Shown here: in pieces, positions 19,810 to 29,042 of the stretch
Position numbering within the stretch: the stretch's first letter is position 1
Layout of the letters: every line of letters begins with the position of its first letter
From: an uncultured candidate division Zixibacteria bacterium
GTDB taxonomy: Bacteria > Zixibacteria > MSB-5A5 > GN15 > PGXB01
Length of the DNA stretch: 64,000 nt
Assembly: GCA_963702205.1 (NCBI GenBank)
Contig: OY969724.1
Location: forward strand, 3,328,001 to 3,392,000
Reading direction: 5' to 3'
Notes under the pieces: generated by a model
The model's input: the letters and a program-made list of their open reading frames with translations, nothing else
What the model was told of the DNA's origin: nothing
Databases searched by the model: none
Made by a program: the position numbers and the translations under genes

Positions 19810-20547
19810 TTACACGAAAGGATTTTCTTTGGTGCAGGCCAGAAGCATTTTACTCATGTCACGCACGGCTCGCTCGATACCGACAAGCAGCGCCCGGGCC
19901 AGGATATTATGCCCCACGATGTACTCATCAATTGACCCCAGCGCAGCCAACGCCCGGATATTAAGATAATCCAGTCCGCCGCCGCATGCAACGTTTATCC
20001 CCAGCTTCCTGGCTGTCTGGGCGACCTGATCTATAGTCTCGGCCTTTGAATTATAATCCACCGGATCTGACGAGGAGTAATCGTACGCCGCCAGCTGCAC
20101 CGCCCGGCATTTCAAACGCGCCGCCTCTTTCACCGAATCGGCGTCGGGATTGACAAGGCACGAATACGATACCCCGGCGTCGTCGAGCAGCACTGCGGCA
20201 TCGTGCAGCCGGTTGGCCGCTCTCGTAAAATCGATCCCGCGCGAAAGCATCTCACCCTCAAGAAGCATTGGCATGAGGGTCACCCGGTACGGTTTAACTT
20301 CCAGCGCCAGCTTGATCAAATCCGGATCGGGGGCGATCTGAAGATTCAGCCGGGTTTGCACCGTCTCTTTGAGCAAATAAATATCGCGGTCTTTCAGAAG
20401 CGCCCGATCCACTCGCAAATGAGCCGTGATGCTGTCCGCCCCGGCCGCTTCGGCCATTACGGCGACATGAACCGGATCGGGGACACGAGTCCTGGTCGTC
20501 CTTCGCAACGCCGCGACGTCGTCTATTTTTATCGAAAGCTGTGGCAT
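19810..20547 (-). CDS. pdxJ: Pyridoxine 5'-phosphate synthase (PdxJ) homolog with degenerate active site
   Basis: PDPVHVA..AE.AGADSITAHLR.DR, DRDI, TRLNL, GHNILARA..G...AV.DM align along the full length of PdxJ, but several catalytic residues are substituted (see findings). Confidence 0.8.
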   Translation of the reverse strand: MPQLSIKIDDVAALRRTTRTRVPDPVHVAVMAEAAGADSITAHLRVDRALLKDRDIYLLKETVQTRLNLQIAPDPDLIKLALEVKPYRVTLMPMLLEGEMLSRGIDFTRAANRLHDAAVLLDDAGVSYSCLVNPDADSVKEAARLKCRAVQLAAYDYSSSDPVDYNSKAETIDQVAQTARKLGINVACGGGLDYLNIRALAALGSIDEYIVGHNILARALLVGIERAVRDMSKMLLACTKENPFV

Positions 20548-20598
20548 ATCAAACCCCTGTGGAAATTATATCAAATCTAACGGCTTAAACGGACGGAC

Positions 20599-21399
20599 TC
20601 AAGAATTATTTGTTTTTTTAAGCAGGTCCGACAAGCGAATAAAATCTTCGATCGACATCGCCTCGGCCCGGACATTGGCGCTCCTGCCCAGATTCACCAG
20701 CTTTTCTGATAGTATAGCTTTATCGCCAATACCGGCTTCCGCCAGATTATTAACCAGCATCTTGCGCCTGTGAACGAAGGCCGCCCGAACCACCCGCTCG
20801 AAAAATTCAAAATCGTCCACTTGATATCTGTCAACCGGCTCGAACACCAGAACCGATGAAAACACTTTCGGCGGCGGGTAAAACGCCCCCGGCGGAACTG
20901 TCCTTGCTTTTTTAATATCAAAAAACAACTGCGTAAAAATCGAAATCGGGGCCCAGTCTTTGGAGCCCGGTCCGGCCGCGATACGCTCGCCCATTTCTTT
21001 TTGAACCGTAATCACCACCCGTTCTATCACTCTCCGTTGTTCGACAATCCAGCCAACCAGCGGCGACGTTATATCATATGGTATATTCCCGATAAGCTTG
21101 AACGACCTGTCGCAGTACTTCTCCGGTTCAACTGTAAGAAAATCCTGATTGATAATTTTGAGTTTCTCCTGTCCGGAAAATTTCTTTTCCAGTTCCGGCA
21201 TAAGATTTTTATCCAGCTCGAAAGAAAATACGGTCGCCCCGGTATCGGCGATTATTTCGGTCAGGCCGCCGCGTCCGGTGCCGATCTCGATGACTATGTC
21301 ATTTCTCTTGATCTCAAGGTATCCAACAATTTGCCGCGCGATATTTTTATCTATGATGAAGTTCTGCGAAAAGCGTTTCTTGGGACGAACCGATGGCAT
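20599..21399 (-). CDS. rsmA: 16S rRNA dimethyladenosine transferase RsmA (KsgA)
   Basis: PKKRFSQNF, IEIGTGRGGLT, GNIPYDITSP, VQKEM, FYPPPKVFS, HRRKML. Start placed at ATG 21399, just after the tatD stop. Confidence 0.95.
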   Translation of the reverse strand: MPSVRPKKRFSQNFIIDKNIARQIVGYLEIKRNDIVIEIGTGRGGLTEIIADTGATVFSFELDKNLMPELEKKFSGQEKLKIINQDFLTVEPEKYCDRSFKLIGNIPYDITSPLVGWIVEQRRVIERVVITVQKEMGERIAAGPGSKDWAPISIFTQLFFDIKKARTVPPGAFYPPPKVFSSVLVFEPVDRYQVDDFEFFERVVRAAFVHRRKMLVNNLAEAGIGDKAILSEKLVNLGRSANVRAEAMSIEDFIRLSDLLKKTNNS

Positions 21400-21400
21400 C

Positions 21401-22177
21401 TCAATCACCGAAAACTTCGACCAGGCCGAAAAGCTTCTGCACATTCCGATCGGCGATTTTTTCGACCTCTCCGACCGGCATATCTTTAAGCTCGGCCATT
21501 TTTTGATAGACGAATCTGACAAACGACGGTTCGTTGCGTTGGCCGCGTTTCGGCACCGGGGCCAGGTACGGACAGTCCGTTTCGAGCAAAATATGCTCCA
21601 TCGGCACTTCGGCGGCCATCCGCGCCATGCCCGCTTTGGGAAACGTAATTATTCCACCCACGGATATTTTGAAGCCCAGGTCAATGACTTCATTGGCTTC
21701 GTTCGCATCTCCGGGAAAACAGTGAAAAACCCCTCCGACCAATCGCGGTGCGAATTTCGTTATTATCTCGACCGATTCCTTAAACGACTCCCGCGTATGA
21801 ATCACGACCGGGAGATTCTTCTGCACCGCTATTTCGAGCTGCTGCTCGAAAACCTGTCTTTGCAGTTTACGCGGCGACAGATCACGATAGTAATCCAGTC
21901 CGATTTCACCGATGGCCTTAACTTTTTCATGATCGGCCAGGCTCGCTATTTTTTCCGCGGAACTATTATCGAATTTAGATGCATCGTGCGGGTGCACTCC
22001 GACCGTGGCATACACGCAATCGTACTTTTCAGCCAGCGCCACCGACATTTCCGAATGTTCCAGATCGACCCCGATATTGACTATCGTGTGCACCCCGGCT
22101 TCGAGCGCCGACGATACGACGGCGTCGCGGTCGCTATCAAAGGCATCGAAATCAAGATGACAGTGAGAATCGATCAT
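21401..22177 (-). CDS. tatD: TatD-family hydrolase/DNase
   Basis: MIDSHCHLD, GVHPHD, IGEIGLDYY, VVIHTRE, GVFHCF, LLETDCPYLAP. Confidence 0.95.
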   Translation of the reverse strand: MIDSHCHLDFDAFDSDRDAVVSSALEAGVHTIVNIGVDLEHSEMSVALAEKYDCVYATVGVHPHDASKFDNSSAEKIASLADHEKVKAIGEIGLDYYRDLSPRKLQRQVFEQQLEIAVQKNLPVVIHTRESFKESVEIITKFAPRLVGGVFHCFPGDANEANEVIDLGFKISVGGIITFPKAGMARMAAEVPMEHILLETDCPYLAPVPKRGQRNEPSFVRFVYQKMAELKDMPVGEVEKIADRNVQKLFGLVEVFGD

Positions 22178-24090
22178 CAGCCGACTTCTGCCCCGGCCTC
22201 GATATCCTGTTCGGGCGTAACCAGTGTCAACTGTTTGCCCTTCTTGGCCGCCAGGAGCATACCGTTGGATTCGATACCCCGGATTTTGGCCGGTTTGAGA
22301 TTTTTCACGACCACGATCTGCTTGCCGACCAGGTCTTCCGGCGTGTAGTGCAACGCAATCCCGGCCACGATCTGCCGCTTCTCGCCACCGACGTCTATCT
22401 GAAGTCTGAGCAGCTTATCGGCCCCTTCGACCTTCTCGGCTTCGAGCACTTCGGCCACAACCAGCTTGTTTTTGAAAAACGAATCTATATCGACCAGCCC
22501 GTCGTCTGATTCATCACCCTTGTCGGACGTCTTTTTGGCCTTTTTCTCCTGCAAACGCGGGAAAACGGAATCTTTCAGTGCAATCCTGGTCCCGGCCTCC
22601 AGACGGTAAAACGTCCGTGCCGATTCAATGCTCAACTCGTCTTTATCGAACCCAAAAACCCCGAGCATTTCGACCGCTTTGTTGGGCATGATCGGGCTTA
22701 TCATAATTGCCGTAATTCTGATCGCTTCGGCGCTGATATACAACACGCCCCCGGCCTTTTTTAAGTCCCCGTCTTTGATCAGATTCCACGGAGCGTTGGT
22801 ATCGAAAAATTTATTGGTACTGCGTACCAGACTCATGACGGCCTCGATAGCGTTCAATAACCTGTAATTCTTGATATGATCCAGTACGACTTCCGGCAGC
22901 TTTTCGGCCACGGAGACGAGTTCATCGACCCCTTCGATCCCGTCGGCCGGTGCCGGAATCTTGCCGTCGAAATTGGCAATTATCATCTTGGCCGTCCGTG
23001 ACACCAGATTGCCCAGATCGTTGGCCAGGTCGCTGTTGTACTTGGTGACAAACCTCGATTCCTGTATGTCGCCGTCGGCCCCGAACGGATACTGGGTCAA
23101 CAGGAGATACCGCGAAGCATCGGGCCCGAACCGCTCGACCATGTCGCGCGGGTCGATCTGATTGCCCAGCGATTTCGACATTTTCTCTCCGTTGACCGTA
23201 AAGAATCCGTGCAGGAAAATCGTTTTGGGCAGCGGCAGCCCGGCCGCCATCAGAATTGCCGGCCAGTAAATACAATGAAACTTCAAGATATCTTTGGCCA
23301 TTAGATGCACGATTTCGCCGTCATACCACCACTTTTTAAATTTCTTGTCGTCGGCCCCATACCCGATCCCGCTGATATAATTGATCAACGCCTCGACCCA
23401 GACGTACGTTACCTGTTTCGAGTCAAACGGCAGTGGTATACCCCATTTGACTTTTTCGCGCGATATCGAAAAATCCGTCAGATCCTGATCGAGCAGGCCC
23501 ATAACTTCGCGACGCCGTTCATCCGGAAGAATGGCGATTTTGTCCGTTTCTATCAAAGATCTTATCTTGTCGACAAACGCCGTAAGCCGGAAAAAGTAGT
23601 TTTTCTCGCTGAGCACCTGCGGAGCGGTTTTATGGTGCGGACACAGCCCGTCGACCAGCTCTTTTTCCGTCAGGAATTTTTCACACCCGGTGCAGTACAA
23701 TCCCTCATAGACGTCGGGATAAATCACCGCCTCACCATCGGGGGTTTTCGCTTCGTGCAATATCGAAAGCAGCTTTTGCACCGCCACTTCGTGTCGTTTA
23801 TCGGTCGTGCGGATGAAATCGCTATACTCGATATCGAGTGCTTTCCAGGCGTCCTTGTATTGTTGCACCACTCCGTCACAGAATGACTGCGGGTCAAGTC
23901 CGGCCTTTTCGGCGGCTTCGGCCACCTTGGTGCCGTGCTCGTCGGTGCCGGTCAGGAAAAACGCTTCGCGGCCGTTGAGGCGGTGGTACCGCGTAATCAG
24001 GTCGGCCGCGATGGTCGTGTACGAATGGCCGACGTGCGGCCTATCATTGACATAGTATATCGGGGTCGTTATATAAAACGGTTTGCTCAC
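22177..24090 (-). CDS. metG: Methionine--tRNA ligase with C-terminal tRNA-binding domain
   Basis: YITTPIYYVN, HVGH, GTDEHG, CxxC zinc knuckle, KDILKFH, KMSKS, C-terminal OB domain (NLKPAKIRGIESNGM). Confidence 0.98.
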   Translation of the reverse strand: MSKPFYITTPIYYVNDRPHVGHSYTTIAADLITRYHRLNGREAFFLTGTDEHGTKVAEAAEKAGLDPQSFCDGVVQQYKDAWKALDIEYSDFIRTTDKRHEVAVQKLLSILHEAKTPDGEAVIYPDVYEGLYCTGCEKFLTEKELVDGLCPHHKTAPQVLSEKNYFFRLTAFVDKIRSLIETDKIAILPDERRREVMGLLDQDLTDFSISREKVKWGIPLPFDSKQVTYVWVEALINYISGIGYGADDKKFKKWWYDGEIVHLMAKDILKFHCIYWPAILMAAGLPLPKTIFLHGFFTVNGEKMSKSLGNQIDPRDMVERFGPDASRYLLLTQYPFGADGDIQESRFVTKYNSDLANDLGNLVSRTAKMIIANFDGKIPAPADGIEGVDELVSVAEKLPEVVLDHIKNYRLLNAIEAVMSLVRSTNKFFDTNAPWNLIKDGDLKKAGGVLYISAEAIRITAIMISPIMPNKAVEMLGVFGFDKDELSIESARTFYRLEAGTRIALKDSVFPRLQEKKAKKTSDKGDESDDGLVDIDSFFKNKLVVAEVLEAEKVEGADKLLRLQIDVGGEKRQIVAGIALHYTPEDLVGKQIVVVKNLKPAKIRGIESNGMLLAAKKGKQLTLVTPEQDIEAGAEVG

Positions 24091-25037
24091 GTCAGGTTCT
24101 CCGGTTTATCGCTGTCTTCTTTAAGAAGTTCCTCGGTAATATCTTCATCCTGCTCCGGGCGGGGCACAGCGACCTGCTGCTCTTTTTTGTTCAGGGGCGG
24201 AAGGTTGTGCATTTCGCGATAAAATTCTCCCTGCTCGAGACGATTATCCCCGACTTCGGAGCCGGGCACTTTAACCTCTTCACCGTCCTCCAGTTTGACC
24301 ACCATGTAATCTTCGAAAACATTGATCCGATCGACCACGCCGTTCTTACCATCGACCGTGTACGGTTCACCCGGGTCGGGGTACCTGCTGCGGGTCATGG
24401 CATAATAATCGACTTCATACTTCAGGCAGCACAGCAATCGTCCGCAATTGCCGGAAATCTTCGACGGGTTAAGCGACAATCCCTGTTCCCGAGCGTCCTG
24501 CGTGGAAATCGGCTCGAAATTCCTTAAAAACCTCGAGCAGCACTGCTGATGCCCGCAGATACCCTGGCCGCCGATGCGTTTGGCCTCGTCACGAACCCCG
24601 ATCTGCCGCAGTTCGATACGCGTCTTGTATTCGGACGCGAGGTCGCGAACCAGCGCCCGGAAATCGACCCGGTGATCGGCCGTGAAATAAAACGTCATTT
24701 TATTGCGGTCGTACTGGTACTCTATATCCACCAGTTGCATTTCCAGCTTGTGCTGGTCGATCAATCGTACGGCATTATCCCAGGCGGAGGATTCATCGTC
24801 ACGGTTCTTATTCAAATTGGCCATATCTTCGTCGTTGGCCGGACGTAATATTGACCTCGGCTTTTCGACGAATGAAAAGGTGGAATCCTTTTCGATACGG
24901 TTCAATAAATGTCCCATATCTTCCCCGCGCTCCGCCTGGACGACGACATAGTCATTCAGTTTCAGGGAATGATAGAATTTATTAAAATAAAACTCGCGCC
25001 GATTGCCCTTAAATTCGACAAGGTATAAATCTGGCAT
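24087..25037 (-). CDS. ricT: PSP1-domain protein RicT/YaaT
   Basis: FYFTADHRVDFRALVRDLA, RIELRQIGVRDEAK..GG.G.CG...CC, LSLNPSKISGNCGRLLCCLKYE; between holB and metG. Confidence 0.9.
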   Translation of the reverse strand: MPDLYLVEFKGNRREFYFNKFYHSLKLNDYVVVQAERGEDMGHLLNRIEKDSTFSFVEKPRSILRPANDEDMANLNKNRDDESSAWDNAVRLIDQHKLEMQLVDIEYQYDRNKMTFYFTADHRVDFRALVRDLASEYKTRIELRQIGVRDEAKRIGGQGICGHQQCCSRFLRNFEPISTQDAREQGLSLNPSKISGNCGRLLCCLKYEVDYYAMTRSRYPDPGEPYTVDGKNGVVDRINVFEDYMVVKLEDGEEVKVPGSEVGDNRLEQGEFYREMHNLPPLNKKEQQVAVPRPEQDEDITEELLKEDSDKPENLT

Positions 25038-25083
25038 ATATTTTCCTCACAAAACAGGTAAGTTAACCAATGAAACGCAACTG

Positions 25084-26208
25084 TCAAGCAGATTGCGCCA
25101 TTGCCCGCCGGGCTTTCAGGACAAAAGCCGCCATGGCCGGTCGTATATGAACGTTGAGTCGCAATGCGCCTTGAAGCTGGCCGATCTGGTCGACCACTTC
25201 CGCCAGGCTGTCCGGCCCGCCGATTTTGCCCGCCAGCTGTTCCAGTTCGGTTTTAAAATCGGCGTTAATTATCCTGTCCGAACCTTTGCCATATCTTACG
25301 CAAATCAGGTCGCTAAAATAGGACTGCCAATAGGATAAAACCCTTTCGGCCGAGCCGCGATCGTTGGGATTCAAAAATTCGACCGCCGTGTTCACCGCCG
25401 ACGGTGTATTCCCGGTCAGGATTTCCTTGAGCATCAAAAGCGATACCTGCCGCAGCGAGCTGTCGCTTTCGTCCGAAACCAGATCCAGGGCCTGGCCCAG
25501 CGAACCCAGAGACAGGCGCGCCGCAAAACCGGCCCGACCTTCCGGGATTTCATATTTGGTAGACAGATAGCTCGCGATGTCGTCGGTGGCGACCGGTTTG
25601 AACCTGATCTTCTGCGACCGGGACTGTATAGTCGGCAGCAGGTTATTGGGATCGATCGCCGTGAGTATAATTACCGTCTCCGGCGGCGGTTCTTCGATAA
25701 GTTTCAGAAGCGAATCGGCCGACGACGCCAGCATTTTCTCCATTTGATAAAAAACAACGACCCGGGTCATGTTTTCGGTCGGCTTGACCGATGTTTGTCG
25801 TTTGATTTCGCGGGCACATTCGATCGGTATAGTTAATTGGCGAGTCGACGTTACGATCTTATACGGCTCTTCCTTTTTTATATCGAGATACTCCCTGATG
25901 CGATCTGGAATTTCCTTGTCGCTCTTGCGCGGCGGCAGGGGAACCGCAAAATACATCTCCTGAAAAATCAAATTGGCAATTGCCCGGCAGTTGCGGCATT
26001 TCCCGCAGGCGTCGATAACCCGACCATCGTCGTCTTTGACGCGGTCCTCACAATTTAGAAGCGCCGCGACGGCCATAGCCATCGACCACTTCCCGACCCC
26101 ATCGGGGCCGTAGAACAAATAGGTCGAAGCGATCCGGCTGCGGTTGTACGAGTTCAGAAGTATTTTTTTGGCCAGGTCCTGACCGGGGATGTCATTTAAA
26201 CGATTCAA
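25084..26208 (-). CDS. holB: DNA polymerase III subunit delta'
   Basis: YLFYGPDGVGK, C..ACGKCRNC zinc site, SLLKLIEEPP, LLPTIQSRSQ. Confidence 0.88.
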   Translation of the reverse strand: MNRLNDIPGQDLAKKILLNSYNRSRIASTYLFYGPDGVGKWSMAMAVAALLNCEDRVKDDDGRVIDACGKCRNCRAIANLIFQEMYFAVPLPPRKSDKEIPDRIREYLDIKKEEPYKIVTSTRQLTIPIECAREIKRQTSVKPTENMTRVVVFYQMEKMLASSADSLLKLIEEPPPETVIILTAIDPNNLLPTIQSRSQKIRFKPVATDDIASYLSTKYEIPEGRAGFAARLSLGSLGQALDLVSDESDSSLRQVSLLMLKEILTGNTPSAVNTAVEFLNPNDRGSAERVLSYWQSYFSDLICVRYGKGSDRIINADFKTELEQLAGKIGGPDSLAEVVDQIGQLQGALRLNVHIRPAMAAFVLKARRAMAQSA

Positions 26209-27370
26209 TCTTTATCCATTCCACCGGGTCGACCGGTTCTCGTCCCCGTCGCAGTTCGTATTTTACCAGCCCCGTCGACGAGATACCGATTATTTCGGAT
26301 TTATCCACGATCTGATTTTTCTCTACATAAAGGTCGCTTATCCCGGCAATAGTCGAATAATAACCGTCCTCATGTTCGATTATCACAAAATTGCCGTATC
26401 CCCGAAGATTCCCGGCATAGGCGATCACACCGGGAGCAGTCGCCAGAACCCGACCGCCTGTGTTGCCCTGAATCTTTATGCCGGGTGAGTACGATTTAAG
26501 TTTTGTCAGCTGATCGGTCTTCCAGCCAAAATTGTCGGTAATTTTTCCTTTAAACGGAGGCGTCAGGGCGCCTTTGTATGATGCAAAATTGCCGGTTTCA
26601 TAATTGAACGTCGTCGCCTTCGGGCCGCGCTCTCTTTCTTCGCGCTCTTTTTCGAGCCGTACGATCAGTTCTTCCATCTGCTTCGCGGCTTCGGACAGCG
26701 TCACCAGACGGTCGGCTTCGGTTTCTTTTTTCTGGCGCACCCGGCTCAGGTCCTTTTCACGGCTCGCCTTCTGCGACGAGATAACCGTGTATTCCCGTTT
26801 CTTTTGTGACGCGGCCTTGTCCACCCTTGTTTTTTCATCAAGCAGATCCGAATAATCACTTTGCGCCTGTTGCAGTGATTGTTCGGTACTGAACAGGTTT
26901 TCGCGGTCATATACAGATAGTGCTTTAAGATATATTCTCTTTAAAAGAAAATCCTTCTCAAGAGTGAGGTCTTTTTTTAAACTAATATTAGGCTCCTGCG
27001 TCGCCGAATAATAATAGGTCAGGTTTTCGATATAATGGCTTTTGGTCGACTTGTACGAATTTTCGGAATTCTCCAGCGAACCTTTGGATTGATCTATGTC
27101 TTTTCGCAAACCGGACAATTGATTGTTGAGGCGATTCAGCACCGTCTTGTTCATGCTGGCCTTTTGTTCGTAGTCGGATATTTCCTTTAAGACGCCCTTT
27201 TCAACATTGCGTAATGAATCGAGGTTCTTCTGCGTCCCCTCGATCTCTTTCTTAATCTGCTCCAGCTCTTTTTTCTGGGTGACGACATCATGCGATTGCC
27301 CAAAAGCCGTGCCGCCGCATATAACACCGACGGCAACGAATAGAAATATTTTGATTAGCCTTGAAATCAT
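26192..27370 (-). CDS. envC: Murein hydrolase activator EnvC-like (coiled coil + degenerate M23)
   Basis: Signal peptide, long coiled coil, C-terminal GYGNFVIIEH, YELR...PVDPVEW; downstream of ftsX. Confidence 0.8.
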   Translation of the reverse strand: MISRLIKIFLFVAVGVICGGTAFGQSHDVVTQKKELEQIKKEIEGTQKNLDSLRNVEKGVLKEISDYEQKASMNKTVLNRLNNQLSGLRKDIDQSKGSLENSENSYKSTKSHYIENLTYYYSATQEPNISLKKDLTLEKDFLLKRIYLKALSVYDRENLFSTEQSLQQAQSDYSDLLDEKTRVDKAASQKKREYTVISSQKASREKDLSRVRQKKETEADRLVTLSEAAKQMEELIVRLEKEREERERGPKATTFNYETGNFASYKGALTPPFKGKITDNFGWKTDQLTKLKSYSPGIKIQGNTGGRVLATAPGVIAYAGNLRGYGNFVIIEHEDGYYSTIAGISDLYVEKNQIVDKSEIIGISSTGLVKYELRRGREPVDPVEWIKIESFK

Positions 27371-27373
27371 AAC

Positions 27374-28225
27374 TTATACCGAACGTTTGATGCCGAGATA
27401 TCCGCCTGCGATACCCATCAGCAGAGCGATCATGCACGAGACGAATATATCGTTGGTTGGCGGGCGGGCAATCAAAATGTCCCCGATCTGTATGCTGCCC
27501 TGAAGGTACAACGCAATCGCCCAGCTTATACCGGCCGCAACCAGCGTATAGAAGAAACCTTCCAGCAAAAACGGCTGCGTTATGATCGATATCCCCGCCC
27601 CGAGATATTTCAACTGGCGGAGCTCATCCTGCCGCACGCGTACCGTCAGTCGCGCCGCATGCACGACGTTCAACCCCGACGTTATCAAAATGACCAGTCC
27701 CAGTAACATAGCCGTCCAGAACAACCACTTTAGAGTCTTCTCCGTCTCGGCCAGCCAGTTTCCCGGATAATGTATTTCCATAACTCCGTCGCGGGCGCTC
27801 AGGTTATCGGCGAAATTCTGCAAATTATCCGACGTAATCGCAGCTGTGTTAAAATCTATCATCAGCGAACGCGGCAGCGGGTTATCATCGAGTCCTTCGA
27901 GCAGGTCGCTGCCCATCAAATCCTGCAGTCTCAACCGCGCCGACTCTTTGGATATATAATCGATATTCTTGACATCGGGATTATCGAGAATCTCCCGCCG
28001 CAACACGGTGATGGTTGAATCGGGCAGGGATTCATCGAAAAATACTTCCATATCAACCGTATCCATCAGCCCATGAAAGTACCCGTCGGCGGTCAGCAGA
28101 GCCATCCACGTCAGCTCCAAAAGCAGGAACAACAGCAACAGGGATAATACCGCGCTGAGTGTGGCCAGCGGACGCCGAAATACATTCGCCGCGAAGATGC
28201 GTATTGGGTACCAGAACTTGCTCAT
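27374..28225 (-). CDS. ftsX: Cell division permease FtsX
   Basis: Four-TM layout, YISKESA, NPLPRS, LGAG...I..PFLLEG. Confidence 0.85.
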   Translation of the reverse strand: MSKFWYPIRIFAANVFRRPLATLSAVLSLLLLFLLLELTWMALLTADGYFHGLMDTVDMEVFFDESLPDSTITVLRREILDNPDVKNIDYISKESARLRLQDLMGSDLLEGLDDNPLPRSLMIDFNTAAITSDNLQNFADNLSARDGVMEIHYPGNWLAETEKTLKWLFWTAMLLGLVILITSGLNVVHAARLTVRVRQDELRQLKYLGAGISIITQPFLLEGFFYTLVAAGISWAIALYLQGSIQIGDILIARPPTNDIFVSCMIALLMGIAGGYLGIKRSV

Positions 28226-28902
28226 ATTAGCGCCCCGTCGGACAAATGATATTCTTTCGCATCCGGAATAAACAGCCCGGTCTGGCCCGAGGTCATGATC
28301 AGCATGGAATGCCCGCCGATGGCAAAACTCTGCAGCGTCTTGTTGACATGCTGAGCGGTGGTTTTGTCCAGCCCGGCGAGTGGTTCATCGATCAAAAGCA
28401 GAGGCTGATCGGCAACGACGGCTCTCGCCAGCATGACCATATTCTTCTGGCCCTGGCTTAAATCCCCGGCCAGATCGCCTTTCCAGCCTGCCAATCCCAA
28501 TTGCCCCATAACGCGAAGAGCCTTCTTCCGCTGCGCCGTCGTCTTTTCACCGCGGATAATCAGCGGTAATATTATATTTTCCATCACTGTCCGGCTGTCG
28601 ATCAATTGAAAAATGCCGCCCACGCCGCCGATCATTCGCCGCAGCCGGAATATTTTTCCTCTGCCGGCTTTGCTCAAACCCTGTCCGAACAGGAATATTT
28701 CGCCCGCATCGGGGGCTTTATTGCCTATTATCAGCTCGGCCAGCGAGGTCTTGCCCGCCCCGGTTGATCCCACAATTATAGCCGTCCGCCCCTTTTCCAG
28801 CGAGAACGACAGCTTATCGAAAATGACGGCCCCGGATGGATTCTTATACCCGATCTCATCGAACTTTAATATGGTGCGGTCCTGATCCATGACGAATTTC
28901 AT
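28222..28902 (-). CDS. ftsE: FtsE-like ABC ATP-binding protein
   Basis: Walker A GSTGAGKT, LSQGQ, LLLIDEPLAGLD; overlaps the ftsX start. H-loop His absent. Confidence 0.75.
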   Translation of the reverse strand: MKFVMDQDRTILKFDEIGYKNPSGAVIFDKLSFSLEKGRTAIIVGSTGAGKTSLAELIIGNKAPDAGEIFLFGQGLSKAGRGKIFRLRRMIGGVGGIFQLIDSRTVMENIILPLIIRGEKTTAQRKKALRVMGQLGLAGWKGDLAGDLSQGQKNMVMLARAVVADQPLLLIDEPLAGLDKTTAQHVNKTLQSFAIGGHSMLIMTSGQTGLFIPDAKEYHLSDGALI

Positions 28903-29042
28903 ACTTCCTTATACAATCGGGTCACAAAATACGTTAAATGCCATTGTTATTCAACTAATATTAAAATCCGAACCCCTGTATATGATATTCCGGGCGAAAA
29001 ATATCCTTGACTTTGACCTGCCCTTTAGTAAGATTAAAATTC

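Noticed and set aside
21400..21522. 41-aa N-terminal extension of rsmA in the ORF track
   Set aside because: Lies inside tatD; RsmA homology starts at MPSVRPKKRFSQNF.
21149..22348. 399-aa plus-strand ORF
   Set aside because: Antisense to rsmA/tatD/metG; typical stop-poor reverse frame.
26192..26600. Missing zinc ligands in the M23 domain
   Set aside because: A degenerate LytM domain is the normal state for EnvC.
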